Assembly: GCA_963676915.2 (NCBI GenBank)
Contig: CAXXVK010000031.1
Coordinates: 1-64,000 of the forward strand
Origin: Myxococcota bacterium
GTDB lineage: Bacteria > Myxococcota_A > SURF-8 > G963663525
Reading direction: 5' to 3'
Length of the DNA stretch: 64,000 nt
Part shown: positions 29,571 through 40,719 of the stretch, piece after piece
Layout of the letters: every line of letters starts with the position of its first letter
Position numbering within the stretch: the first letter of the stretch is position 1
The notes under the pieces: generated by a model
Databases searched by the model: none
What the model was told of the DNA's origin: nothing
Seen by the model: only the letters and a program-made list of their open reading frames with translations
Program-made: the position numbers and the translations under genes

Positions 29571-31307
29571 ATGAAAGACGCTCGGTGGGTCCAAAAAGAA
29601 TTCGATGAGACGTTTGCAGCAAAGCTCGAAGAGGAGTTTTCCCTTCCTTCCGTGGCGGCGAAAATTCTGGCGTCGCGCCTGGAGGATCTCGAAGAGGGAA
29701 GGGCGTTTTTGCATGCCGAGTTGAAAGATATGCCGGACCCTTCGAAAATGGCGGATGTCGAAAAAGCGGCTCAAAGAATCGCTGAAGCTGTGAAAAATCA
29801 TGAAAAAACGGTGGTTTGGGGTGATTATGACGTGGATGGCACCACTTCGACCAGCCTGTTTCTCACGTTTTTTCACGCCCTCGGTTTCGATGAAGCCGAG
29901 TACAGGATTCCCCAGCGAATCGGTCACGGGTACGGACTTTCCGTAGACGATGTCGATCATCTAGCTGACGAAAACGTGCGCCTGCTGATCACCGTGGACA
30001 ATGGCATCACCAGCCTCGAAGAAGCGAAACGCGCCAAGGAACGGGGAGTTGATCTGATTGTCGTGGATCATCACCAGTTGGCCGAGGCATTACCGGATGC
30101 TTTGGCGGTCGTCGATCCCCAGCGGGAAGATTGCGGTTACCCTGATAAAAATCTATGTGCGGCGGGAGTGTCGTTGGTCGTGTTGCAAGCGTTGCGTCGA
30201 GCGCTGGTTGCAAACGGTTGTCTCGAAAAACGAAAGGCTCCAATGTTGTCCTCGTTGTTGGAGTTCGTTGCTCTGGCTACGGTGGCGGATCTCGTTCCTT
30301 TGAAAAACGTGAACCGGCTGTGGGTCAAATACGGACTGAAAAACATGGGCACCACCCGCCGAATCGGACTGATGGCGCTGAAAGAAGTCTGTAAAATCGA
30401 GCCGTTGCATGATGTCAGTACGTATCATGCAGGTTTTTTGATGGGGCCGAGAATCAACGCAGCCGGGCGCTTGAACGACCCGAACCAAGTGGTAGAGCTA
30501 CTTTTGACCGACGATCTTGACCGGGCACGAAACATTGCGAAACGGCTGGACGATCTCAACCGGGCGAGGCAGCGTCTGGAACAAGAAACGATGGAGCAGG
30601 CCGTAACGATGCTGGAAGAAAACGGCTGGGACGAGCAACGGCCCGCTATCGTGCTTTTTGGAGAAACATGGCATGAGGGTGTAATCGGTATCGTTGCCTC
30701 TCGCATGGTGGATCGCTACCACAAACCCTGTATCCTTCTTGCCAGTGCGGGGGACGGCAAAGCGCGAGGCAGTGCGCGTTCTATCGACGGATTGCATATG
30801 AAGCAGGCCTTGGATCGTTGCAGCGACTTACTGGAACGGTACGGCGGACATCGCATGGCCGCCGGGATGACGGTTCGACGGGAAAACCTCGATGCTCTTG
30901 CCGAGCGATTCGAGGAAATCTGCGCCGAAACCTTGAGTCCCGAGGATTTTCGAACCAAGCTATCGGTGGATGCCGAAATCAGTTTCGCCGATCTGGATGA
31001 ACATTTCGTCTCGACATTGGAAACATTTGCACCTTTTGGAATGGGAAATCCACAACCGAAGCTTTTGACGCGAGGAGCGTATGTACATTCGGCGCGGATC
31101 TTGAAAGATGCCCATTACAAATTGAAACTGGGTGAGCGCGAACCGAGGCTGGAGTTTAAAGCTATCGGATTCAATCTTGCCGAAAAATTCGACGTACGCC
31201 ACGGACAAAGCTGGGATGTGGTATATACTCCCCGCTGGAGCGAGTGGGGCGGACAGCGGTATATCGAACTGGCTATCAAGGACATGAAACCTGCGGAGGA
31301 GTCATGA
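29571..31307 (+). CDS. recJ: Single-stranded DNA exonuclease RecJ
   Basis: GDYDVDG, TVDNG, DHH, LATVADLVPL, PRINAAGRL, GSARS, GGHRMAAG, PFGMGNP. Confidence 0.96.
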   Translation: MKDARWVQKEFDETFAAKLEEEFSLPSVAAKILASRLEDLEEGRAFLHAELKDMPDPSKMADVEKAAQRIAEAVKNHEKTVVWGDYDVDGTTSTSLFLTFFHALGFDEAEYRIPQRIGHGYGLSVDDVDHLADENVRLLITVDNGITSLEEAKRAKERGVDLIVVDHHQLAEALPDALAVVDPQREDCGYPDKNLCAAGVSLVVLQALRRALVANGCLEKRKAPMLSSLLEFVALATVADLVPLKNVNRLWVKYGLKNMGTTRRIGLMALKEVCKIEPLHDVSTYHAGFLMGPRINAAGRLNDPNQVVELLLTDDLDRARNIAKRLDDLNRARQRLEQETMEQAVTMLEENGWDEQRPAIVLFGETWHEGVIGIVASRMVDRYHKPCILLASAGDGKARGSARSIDGLHMKQALDRCSDLLERYGGHRMAAGMTVRRENLDALAERFEEICAETLSPEDFRTKLSVDAEISFADLDEHFVSTLETFAPFGMGNPQPKLLTRGAYVHSARILKDAHYKLKLGEREPRLEFKAIGFNLAEKFDVRHGQSWDVVYTPRWSEWGGQRYIELAIKDMKPAEES

Positions 31308-32293
31308 AAAGTCGGCATGTTTTTGGAACATTGCTCGTGTTTTGCCTTTTCTTGTGTGTATCGGCTCTGAATTGTACAAAGTCGCCGCAACATGGCTACA
31401 AGTATAAAAAAGGGCAAACGCAGGAATTTATGCTCTGGATCAATCAGCAGGTAGAACCCGATGGCGGGAAGTTAGCTATGTTCCGGCGAAACATCTGGGG
31501 AAAACTGACCCTTTCCGTGGTTGAATCCACCCCGAAGATTCTGCGTTTCACTCTCAAAATGAGCGACATTCGCGCTCGGCAGGTGCGTTTCGACGCTCAG
31601 CGAGAAACCGACGAAACAAAACGTATTCCCGGCATTGAAGCTCTAAACGGTTTGACCTGGACCGTTTCCATGAAACCCGACGGAAGCGACCAGCAGGTAA
31701 CACCTCCCAAAGAATACGAAAGGCATGTGGCCGATATCGTGCAGACCACCAACCAGACGTTCCGCGAAATGTTCCCAAGTCTTCCGTCGAGGATCGTAAA
31801 GGATCAACGTTGGCAACGACATATCGAGGGACCGATTACCGGAGATTTTCACGGTGAAGACATTCGTATCGCTACGACTCTCGACTATCATGCTCAAAGG
31901 ATTGAAGACGAAAAACTTCATTTGGAAATGGCGCTGGATTTAGATCTTGGAGACAATAAAACCCACAAAATCAAACCGGCTGGTCCCCCAATGAGGAAAG
32001 CGAAACCCGCTCTAAGTGAGGAAAAAAAGCCGGAAAAAGACTCGTCCCTAGTATTTTATGGGAAAGGCGAAGGAAACGGCGGAATTCAATTCGATCTTAA
32101 AACTGGAAAACTGCTGTCTTTGGAGTACAATACCGACATCGCCACGCATTTCAAAGTGGTGCGAGACGGTACCCAGCTTGAAAATCAACTGGTAACGAAA
32201 TCGAAAATCGAACTTAAACCGTACCCGGAAACACCGAAGGGTCAAACTCGTGAAACAAAGAAAGCAAAACCGGCTTCGCGCCAAGTTCGATGA
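31304..32293 (+). CDS. Hypothetical exported (lipo)protein
   Basis: Hydrophobic N-terminus ending ALNC; beta-rich sequence; ATGA overlap with recJ. Confidence 0.7.
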   Translation: MKSRHVFGTLLVFCLFLCVSALNCTKSPQHGYKYKKGQTQEFMLWINQQVEPDGGKLAMFRRNIWGKLTLSVVESTPKILRFTLKMSDIRARQVRFDAQRETDETKRIPGIEALNGLTWTVSMKPDGSDQQVTPPKEYERHVADIVQTTNQTFREMFPSLPSRIVKDQRWQRHIEGPITGDFHGEDIRIATTLDYHAQRIEDEKLHLEMALDLDLGDNKTHKIKPAGPPMRKAKPALSEEKKPEKDSSLVFYGKGEGNGGIQFDLKTGKLLSLEYNTDIATHFKVVRDGTQLENQLVTKSKIELKPYPETPKGQTRETKKAKPASRQVR

Positions 32294-32945
32294 AATCTGC
32301 CGAGAACTTGGTTTGGAAGAAGGCGGTGCCGACTCGGATGTTCTAGAGCTGTTTTTACTCAGCGAAGACCACCTGAGCGCCGGAGAGTTGACCGAACGCC
32401 TGCGTAAAGCAGGACACGACATTCGCACCTCGGTGGTTACGGCGACACTGAAACAGTTGGAATCTTTCGGGTTGGCCGAACGGGTGGAACTGGATGACGG
32501 TGTTGTGCTGTGGCAGCAACGGGTTTTGGAACGACATCACGACCACCTGATTTGCGTGAAATGCGGAAAAATCGTCGATGTGTTTTCTCCGAAAATGGAA
32601 CAAATTCAAGATGATACCGCGAGAAAGCACGGTTTTACAAGCTTTTACCATCGTCACGAAATATATGGACTTTGCGAGAATTGCAGAGAAACGCGCTCGG
32701 TTGCGTCCATGCCGTTGAGTATGGTGTATCCGGGCGAGTGGGTCAAAGTCGTAGGAATCGAAGGATGCCGAAAAGTGACGAAACGTCTGGAAGCTTTAGC
32801 GATAGGAAAAGATACGAAACTGCGCGTACTCCAGAAACCGGGAGCAGGTCAATTGGTTTTGCAGGTGGAAAACGCCCGGTACGCGCTTGGGCAGGGAATG
32901 GCATCGAAAGTTCGTGTCGTTCCCATACATGATAAGGAAGTTTGA
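32250..32945 (+). CDS. Fur-family regulator fused to a FeoA domain
   Basis: HLSAGEL, HHDHLICVKCG, GLCENC, then PLSMV.PGE...V......RLEALAI......V......ALGQGMASKV. Confidence 0.85.
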   Translation: MKQRKQNRLRAKFDEICRELGLEEGGADSDVLELFLLSEDHLSAGELTERLRKAGHDIRTSVVTATLKQLESFGLAERVELDDGVVLWQQRVLERHHDHLICVKCGKIVDVFSPKMEQIQDDTARKHGFTSFYHRHEIYGLCENCRETRSVASMPLSMVYPGEWVKVVGIEGCRKVTKRLEALAIGKDTKLRVLQKPGAGQLVLQVENARYALGQGMASKVRVVPIHDKEV

Positions 32946-33812
32946 ATGGCCGTTGTCGAATTCGAAAAGGTACAGGGTGCTGGAAACCACTTCATCTTGA
33001 TCAGCCAACCTTGGGACGAAGCATTCTCCACCGACGTGATTCGCCGACTGTGCGACCGTTCGTTCGGTATAGGTTCCGACGGGATGTTGTTTGTCGATCC
33101 TTCGGAAAAGGGTGTGGCGTTTATGCGCATGTTCAATCCGGATGGCAGCTCGGCTGAAATGTGCGGAAACGGTATCCGTTGTTTTGTCGAACATCTGTTG
33201 CGTACCGGAAAAGCCGAGGGAGACCACATCACCGTGGAATCTCCGGTCGGCTTGCATTCGTGCAAAGTGACTCGGGATGAAAAGGGCGGGATCGATACCG
33301 TAGAAGTCGAAATGGGTGGAGCGAAATTAGGCAGAGACGTGCCGGATACCTCTGACGATGCGCCTAACGGCTTGTGGGGGTTCGAACTGGATCGTCCTTC
33401 GGAATCTCCTCTCATTGGGTATGGCGCTTCGATGGGGAACCCACACCTCGTCATTTTCGGACCATCGACGGTGGAACGATTGCTGAAGCATGGACCGACG
33501 TTGGAATATCATCCGCTTTTCCCAAACCGCACCAATGTGGAACTCGTTGAAATCGAGCGAGACGGTTCGTTGACGGTCAATGTTTGGGAACGCGGCGCGG
33601 GGCGTACCCTCGCTTGTGGTACTGCGGCCTGTGCCGTCGCCGCTGTCGCGGTGAAACTGGGCTATGTCGAAGCCGACACGCCGATTTCTCTCGATCTTCC
33701 CGGTGGACGTTTGCATGTCACGGTCTCGAAGGATTTCGAGTCGGTACATTTGAAAGGTCCGGCACGCTTCGTATTTTCCGGAAAAATAGAGATTCCTGAA
33801 TTGAATCCTTGA
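32946..33812 (+). CDS. dapF: Diaminopimelate epimerase
   Basis: GAGNHF, GIGSDG, NPDGSSAEMCGNG, MGNPH, TNVE, WERGAGRTLACGT. Confidence 0.96.
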   Translation: MAVVEFEKVQGAGNHFILISQPWDEAFSTDVIRRLCDRSFGIGSDGMLFVDPSEKGVAFMRMFNPDGSSAEMCGNGIRCFVEHLLRTGKAEGDHITVESPVGLHSCKVTRDEKGGIDTVEVEMGGAKLGRDVPDTSDDAPNGLWGFELDRPSESPLIGYGASMGNPHLVIFGPSTVERLLKHGPTLEYHPLFPNRTNVELVEIERDGSLTVNVWERGAGRTLACGTAACAVAAVAVKLGYVEADTPISLDLPGGRLHVTVSKDFESVHLKGPARFVFSGKIEIPELNP

Positions 33813-34000
33813 TATCCGCCGGAAAATTGGCGAAGGTCTATGGAATAACTTGACGGACTCCTGGGAGAATTGCAGATTCGTACGTATTGACTGACCCGAT
33901 TCTTGTTTTTCTATTCAGCACAACTTTCAGGAATTACTGATACATTTACTATTTCTTAGCCACTGAATCGAAACTTTGCAGTGTATCGAAGAGGAACCCA

Positions 34001-35681
34001 ATGAAACGAGCGATATCTTTTCCCGTTTTGCTTTTCGTCTTTTTTATCGGCGCATTCATTCTTTGCACAGGGTGCGGAAGCTCCGATGACGAGCAAAATC
34101 CCGGTGGGGATACGGACCTGATCGAGGATGAAATTTCCGAAGGTGAAGAAGAAACCGTCATCCCCAAAACCACGGATTACGTCATCGTAGCCGAAGACCG
34201 ATTCGCCGATGTAGCGGCTGAATACGCCCAGTATCGTGAATCCAAAGGATACGTGACGAAAATCTATACCTTGACGGAGATTCTTGACGGAGGAACTATT
34301 GAGGATTTCAAGGAAAATCTGCAAAGCGAATTGCAGACCATTCGTAACGAGCTGGACGAAACGTACACGTTGTTCGTGTTGCTGATGGGTGACGATTACG
34401 ACGAAGACGAGGATCGCACCGGGAAAATTCCTACCCTCGAATGCGAAAATTCATTTGGTGGATTGCTATACCGACAACCTTTTTGCGGATCTGGATGGCG
34501 ACGTTCTTCCCGATCTCGCTCTTGGACGCCTTCCGGCCCGTGATGCGCAGCAAATTACCGATTATCTGGCGAAAATCAAAAATTTCGAAGAAAGCTACAA
34601 CCCGGGACTATGGAATCGCCGCATTTCGATTTACACCGGTGAGGCTGGATTCGGAGAAACAATCGATGGTCTGATTGAATTCGTGGTGTTCGAAGCACTG
34701 CGGAAAATGGACCATTCCTTTGACGTGATCGGTGCGTACAACACCGTTTCAAGTCCCTATTATTACTATCCTTTCGATGAAAAAGTGCTTGAACTGTTCA
34801 ATATGGGCAGTTTGATGACGGTTTACATCGGTCATGGAAGTTCGGGAGGCACCGATGGCTTGAGTGTGAGCGATCTCGATAACATTCATTGTGAAAATCG
34901 CTTGCCCTTCACCTTCTTCTTTGCCTGTCTCAACGGCAATTTCAGGGGACCGGACGATTCCATTGCCGAGGCGATGATCTGGAAGGACGACGGCCCGGTC
35001 ATTACCGTAGCGTCTACGGACATTTCCCATCCTTATGGAAATGCCGTATTGCCGTATGAGTTGCAGATTGCAATTCTGGACAATCGAATGAAAACCATCG
35101 GCGAAGCGGTCATGGAAACCAAGCGTCAATCGATGCTCAACGACGACGATTTTCGGCAGATGGTCGATGCCAGTACGTTGTCTCTGGCGGAATTTGAAGA
35201 CGAAGAAGAGCAGGTAGAGATCCGCGAACAGCACATGAACCTGTACAACCTGATGGGTGATCCGGCTACCGCGCTGAGTTATCCCCAAACGGCGATCAAT
35301 TTCTCTAGCGTCACCGGATCAATGGAAGGTGGAGCCTTGACTGTTCAAGCAGAAGCTCCCGGTGTCGATCAGGGAACCGCTGTTGTTACTTTGGAAGTTG
35401 ATCGCAACGTCATCTACAAAGAAGACGAAATGGTCGAAATCGACCCGGACGACTTCGAAACGTACCAGGTACAGTTCAATTATTCCCACGCCATGAACAA
35501 AGTAATCGTGCAGCAGGATGTGACGGTTAGTGGTGGACAGTTCAGTTCCACGCTGAAACTGCCGGACGATTTCGACATGTCGCTAGGAATGGACAATAAA
35601 TACTTTATCAAGGTGTATGCCTACGATACGGAGCACGACAGCTTCGGTTCGATGCGTGCGCCGAACCAGCCTGAAGAATAG
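34001..35681 (+). pseudogene. Peptidase C25 (gingipain-like) lipoprotein, frameshifted near 34460 (probably an assembly indel)
   Basis: ORF1 has lipobox TGC, DYVIVA and VLLMGD; ORF2 continues YTDNLFADLDGD..PDLALGRLP, GHGS, FACLNG, YNLMGDPA. Confidence 0.8.
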
Positions 35682-35708
35682 ATTCTTCTGTAAAATTCAG
35701 GAGTTGTA

Positions 35709-36473
35709 ATGCGAATTCTTTCTTGGAATGTCAATGGCGTACGTGCCGTCACGAAAAAAGGAATGCTCGACTGGCTGGACCGGGAACAGCCGGACATTCT
35801 GTGCATCCAGGAATCCAAAGCCCAACCGGACCAGTTGGCAAAAAAACTATTGAATCCAAAAGGATATCAAGGCATCTGGCATTCTGCCGAGCGTAAAGGT
35901 TATAGCGGAACAGCGACCTTTACCAAGCACGAACCGTTGAGTGTTTCCGTAATGGGACGCGAAGAATTCGACGTGGAAGGACGAGTGCAAGTCCTTGAAT
36001 TCAAAGATTTTACTCTGATCAACGCCTACTATCCCAACAGTCGTCCCGAGCGTGCCCGTATCCAATACAAGCTCGACTTCTGCGATGCCATGCTCGATGT
36101 GGCCAATGAATTGAAGCAAAAGGGGAAAAACGTCGTGATCTGCGGGGATTACAACATCGCCCACACCGAAATCGACCTGGCCCGACCCAAACAGAACGAA
36201 AACAACCCCGGCTACTACATCGAAGAACGCGAGGCGATGACCGCTTTTCTCGAACAGGGGTATGTCGATACCTTCCGGCATTTTCATCCCGATGAAAAAG
36301 GGCATTATTCCTGGTGGTCCTACCGAGCGAAAGCCCGCGAACGGAACGTAGGCTGGAGAATCGATTATCACTGTGTCAACAAAGAGTTCATCGACCGTGT
36401 ACGGTCGGCCCGAATTCTTCCCGAAGTGATGGGTTCCGACCACTGCCCGGTGGAAATCGACCTGTTTGAATGA
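35709..36473 (+). CDS. xth: Exodeoxyribonuclease III
   Basis: SWNVNG, CIQESK, GYSG, YYPN, GDYNIAH, WWSYR, GWRIDY, SDHCP. Confidence 0.96.
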   Translation: MRILSWNVNGVRAVTKKGMLDWLDREQPDILCIQESKAQPDQLAKKLLNPKGYQGIWHSAERKGYSGTATFTKHEPLSVSVMGREEFDVEGRVQVLEFKDFTLINAYYPNSRPERARIQYKLDFCDAMLDVANELKQKGKNVVICGDYNIAHTEIDLARPKQNENNPGYYIEEREAMTAFLEQGYVDTFRHFHPDEKGHYSWWSYRAKARERNVGWRIDYHCVNKEFIDRVRSARILPEVMGSDHCPVEIDLFE

Positions 36474-37908
36474 TGACGGATTCTCCTGTGGACTCAACCA
36501 AGGAAGCTTCAAGCGACTCCCCATCCAACTCGGCGACGCCGATTTTGTTCACCGTTGGTGTCGGCACCATGCTTTCCGCGATGGCTGGGTCTACCGTTAC
36601 ACTAGCGTTGCCTGCCATCGCCAACGAAATGAATATCGCCATCGGGCAGGTAAGCTGGGTAATGCTGTCGTTTTTGCTTTCGGTTACGGTGCTGTTGCTG
36701 ATCGCAGGACGGACCGGGGATATCTTCGGCCATGCACGTATTTACCTGATCGGGTTCTTTCTGTTTGGGTTTTCTTCGTTTGCCGCCGGTGCGGCGTCCA
36801 CGCTTTCCATTCTCATCGGTGCGCGTATCCTGCAAGGCATCAGCGGTGCGATGGTCATGGCAACAAGTCCGGCGCTTTTGACCACGACAATTCCACCTTC
36901 AAAGCGAGGAAAAGCTTTGGGGATTCTGGCAACCGGCACCTATATCGGTCTTACGATTGGCCCGTCCTTGGGAGGTGCGATCATCCACGGTTTGGGATGG
37001 CGCTGGATTTTCTATCTGAACATCCCGGTTTCCGTGCTTATTTTCATTATGGGATTGATTTTCCTGCCACGTAGCGAAAAGAAGACCGCAGCACCTTTCG
37101 ATTTTCTCTCGGCGCCTTCACCTTGATCTTGGGCCTGCCGCTGCTTCTCGTGGCAATCGGTCAGGGAGAGCAATGGGGCTGGTTCGGCTGGCCAACGTTA
37201 AGTCTTGCCGCCGGTGGTTTGATTTTGCTCGGGATTTTCGTACGCCTTCAAATGCATACGGAAACTCCTCTGTTGAACCTGAAACTTTTCAAATCTCCAG
37301 TCTTTACAGGTTCGGCGCTGAGTGCTTTTTGTAACTATGTTGCGCTTTTCATTCAGATCATCCTTTTACCTTTCTATCTTATGGAAGCGCTTGGGATCGA
37401 TGCCAAACATGCGGGACTGGTTCTTACAGCGCAACCTTTCCTTATGGCGCTGGTGGCGTCTCCTTCGGGGTGGTTGTCGGATCGCATCGGTTCCCGTCCA
37501 CTAGCGGTTGCCGGTTTGTTGATATTGACAGTGGGACTCGGTGGTTTGTCCACCATTGGCGATCAAAGCGACGTTTGGACCGTAGCAATTTGGTTGGCCG
37601 TGATGGGTTTGGGTACGGGAATCTTCATTTCTCCCAACTCCAGTGCTTTGATGGGTGCGGCACCCAAAAACCAACAGGGAATCGCCGGAAGTCTGCTGGC
37701 GGTTTCACGAAATTTCGGCATGATGATCGGGGTGGCGCTTTCCACGGCGATCTATCAGGCAGCGGGAGGATCGACCGGCGAAACATGGCAAGCCGAAGAT
37801 TTCCATGCTTTGCGAGTTGCCTTATGGGTTGCTGCAGCAGTCAGTTTGTTGGGAGCCATTAGCGCCGGAGCGCAGAACCGGAGAGATCGATCCGTCACAC
37901 CACGTTAA
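36470..37908 (+). pseudogene. DHA2 (14-TM) MFS transporter, frameshifted near 37105
   Basis: LALPAI, GRTGDIFG, ARILQG, GWRWIF; continues in another frame as GAFTLILG...PLLNLKLF...GWLSDRIG. Confidence 0.82.
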
Positions 37909-38569
37909 ATTTTCCAACCAGAAAACTACCGAACGGGCTTTTCAACGCAGTGAACATTTTCTCTGTAACGTCGGAAAAACGCTGAAAAACGGGAATAGGA
38001 ATAATGTGAGTCGAGGCTTCTACTTCGCTGGAACCGAAGCTGCCGAGCAGCTTTTTCAGTTCCCTCAACGTGTAAAAATGTGCCTTTTTAGCAATGTCCG
38101 TTCGGCGTAATGTCCGTGAAATGCCGTACCATGACCAACGGTTGAGAACGGCGACCACTACCACACCGCCCGGCTTCGTGCAACGCACCATTTCGGAAAG
38201 CATCAGTTCTTCGTCATCCGCAAATTCCAACGAAGTGATCGCGGCTGTAATGTCGAAGGTTTGGTCCGGGAAGCCTAGTTTTTCGCCCCATCCCTGCCGG
38301 AAAGCTGCGCCGGGAATACTCTTTTTTCGAGCGATTTCGAGGGATTTGGGACTTGGGTCGAGACCGGTTACGAGATATCCCTTTTCGGCGAACCAAGACA
38401 TCCAGCGGCCTGTACCGCAACCGACTTCCAATAGAGTGGGTGCTTCGGAAGCATCGGGTAACAATCGGAGAACGGCGGCTTTTTCGAGTTCGTCTACTTT
38501 TCGACTTATTTCGTTGTCGTACCAATCATCGTATTTATCGGCGATGGTGTCGAAATCGAAATGGGGCAT
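37895..38569 (-). CDS. Class I SAM-dependent methyltransferase
   Basis: FDTIADKYDDWY, LEVGCGTG, GLDPS, FPDQTFD, KPGG. Confidence 0.88.
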   Translation of the reverse strand: MPHFDFDTIADKYDDWYDNEISRKVDELEKAAVLRLLPDASEAPTLLEVGCGTGRWMSWFAEKGYLVTGLDPSPKSLEIARKKSIPGAAFRQGWGEKLGFPDQTFDITAAITSLEFADDEELMLSEMVRCTKPGGVVVVAVLNRWSWYGISRTLRRTDIAKKAHFYTLRELKKLLGSFGSSEVEASTHIIPIPVFQRFSDVTEKMFTALKSPFGSFLVGKFNVV

Positions 38570-40719
38570 AAAACGTCCGTCCGTCGTGAAAAAGTCGTAG
38601 AAAAACGCCTCCGTCGGCGCCATACAGATAGAATAGCTCCAATATACCACAGGAAACCGGAGAAACCGCAAGGAATCTTTGTGCAGCCGCCATGGGTTCC
38701 GGGAAGAGATTCCTCGATTTCGTCAGGTTCTTCCTGTGTGTCTTCGTCTCCATCTTCACCAGGATTTTCCGTCGGTTCCGAGCGTTCCGCCTCGGCTTCG
38801 TACGGGTCGCAATCGCCTGAATCCGTCAACTCGCTTTCTTCTGTTTCCTGCGCTTCGGGTTCGGATCGTTCGATCTCCGTGAGATCCTGGTCGATCTCTT
38901 CGTCCCGGTCCTCGTCGCCATCTACGGGCGCGACGTAATAGGGAAAATAGCGGACGGTGTCCAGGTCGAAACCGGGTGATGTGGTGTCGGGAGTGTCCCC
39001 CAGGTCGCGAATTCTCACATAACGGCCTTGTGATACGCCGGAAATATTGAAATCGAAAGCACAGACGCCGCTACCTTCCCCCAGTTCCTGCCAGGGACCG
39101 GCAAAAGAGGTACTGATTTCAACCTTGTAACGTTCGCCGTCGTAGGGCGGGCCTTCGAGGATCTCGAGTTCTTCGCCCTCGTGATCGTTAAGTATTTCTC
39201 CCAGGTCGAGTACGACCCAACGGTTTTTTCCAAGCGAAAAGGAACGCTCGTCCGGTGGTCCCGAAGCGACATGAGGCGGAGTCGGATTGTCTGTGGCCAT
39301 TCCAACGGCTACGGAGCGCAGCGCATAGTATTCCTCGTTGGCTTCCAACGCGACATCCTGCCGCAAAGCATCGCCGGTGCCAACCGTAAGTCCTTGGAAT
39401 CGCATCGCTTCATAGCCGGAAGCCCAGACTTCGAGAGTGTAGGTTCCCGGCAGCAAAAGACGGTGGTAGTCTCCAGCGACAGAATCGGAAAAAACGGGCC
39501 AATCGTGTTCCAAAATGCGGATTCTGGCTTGCAAAGCATCGCCGGTGTCAGCGTCCGTGACGACTCCCCGCAATCCTTTCAACGACCATTCCAGCGTGGA
39601 AAGAATACTTTCCCGGTTACGCGACCAGCTTCGTTCGATGGGAAAAGTCCAAGATTGGGGCGTGAGTTCAATGGTCCAGTCCATTCCGCCCGAACTGCCG
39701 TAACTGAAATCGTTGAGATCACCGAAGGTTTGATACCAGTCGTATCCGTTGGTAACTTCGTAGATATCCTCGCTTCCTCCCGCCGTGGTTCCCTCGGCAT
39801 ATAGCCTTGAAATTTCAAGTAAAAGAGCTTCATCGGGGGAATCTTCATCCGTGTAATTCCACAGATAATTCACGATTTCACCATAGGTGTGAAAACTATG
39901 GCTGATGCTGAATCGGCGTTGGAGATGATGCCTCGCCATAGCTTGAACTTCCGGTTCGCTGAACGGATCGTCCCCGTATCCTGTGCCAGAATGCCAGACA
40001 AAACCGTAATTGCGGTTGAGATCGACCGCGTTGGCGTTTCGTCGGGTGCTGGCCTCTCGACCGTCCGGGTTGACCAACGGAACCACCCAGATTTCGGTTT
40101 CGTCTACAAGCGCACGGATGCGAGCGTCGGTTTCGTATTCTGTCAATAACATTTCGGCTGCCAATAGCGGGATTTCGATGCTCATGAATTCATCGCCATG
40201 ATGCGCACCCGCAAGGCGAAGTTCGGGTTCATCTTCGTCTATGTCGGGATGGTCGCTGATCTTCAATGCATCTATGTGGCGGTTTTCCACGGAATATCCG
40301 AGGGTTACGAGCTTGCAGAGATCGGGATACTGTTGACTCAATTGCGCCAGCATGTCGAGAGTTTGCTCGTAGTCGTGGTAGTCTTCTTCATCGCGAGCTA
40401 TTTTAGGCAATGCCGGATTGAAGGGCAGGGGAGTGACTTCGATTCCAAGGGATTCCAGTAAGTTACGGTCACCCGGTGCAAGTTCCAGCACCAATCGGCC
40501 ATCGTAGATGCCACGATAGGCGATGTCGAAATCCAGCAACGTATCGATCACTCCCGGCCGGGGTGCGTCGGTGGTCCAAAGACTTCCACTGGGTGTGGAA
40601 AACGCTTCTTCGGCACGGATTTCCGATTTCCCTAAAACAACCAGTGAAAAACAAAGGAAAAACAACGTCGTAACCCAGAATAGACGCTGGCGGATGTCAT
40701 GGTACGGAGAACAGAGCAC
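38506..40719 (-). CDS. M14 zinc carboxypeptidase with regulatory-like domain and GGC-TM-RRRRR sorting-like tail
   Basis: AHHGDE, NPDG, RRNANAVDLNRN, SFHTYG, GDLNDF, TIEL; GVVTDADTG; acidic linker then HGGC...WRRRRR. Confidence 0.9.
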   Translation of the reverse strand: MLCSPYHDIRQRLFWVTTLFFLCFSLVVLGKSEIRAEEAFSTPSGSLWTTDAPRPGVIDTLLDFDIAYRGIYDGRLVLELAPGDRNLLESLGIEVTPLPFNPALPKIARDEEDYHDYEQTLDMLAQLSQQYPDLCKLVTLGYSVENRHIDALKISDHPDIDEDEPELRLAGAHHGDEFMSIEIPLLAAEMLLTEYETDARIRALVDETEIWVVPLVNPDGREASTRRNANAVDLNRNYGFVWHSGTGYGDDPFSEPEVQAMARHHLQRRFSISHSFHTYGEIVNYLWNYTDEDSPDEALLLEISRLYAEGTTAGGSEDIYEVTNGYDWYQTFGDLNDFSYGSSGGMDWTIELTPQSWTFPIERSWSRNRESILSTLEWSLKGLRGVVTDADTGDALQARIRILEHDWPVFSDSVAGDYHRLLLPGTYTLEVWASGYEAMRFQGLTVGTGDALRQDVALEANEEYYALRSVAVGMATDNPTPPHVASGPPDERSFSLGKNRWVVLDLGEILNDHEGEELEILEGPPYDGERYKVEISTSFAGPWQELGEGSGVCAFDFNISGVSQGRYVRIRDLGDTPDTTSPGFDLDTVRYFPYYVAPVDGDEDRDEEIDQDLTEIERSEPEAQETEESELTDSGDCDPYEAEAERSEPTENPGEDGDEDTQEEPDEIEESLPGTHGGCTKIPCGFSGFLWYIGAILSVWRRRRRFSTTFSRRTDVLCPISISTPSPINTMIGTTTK

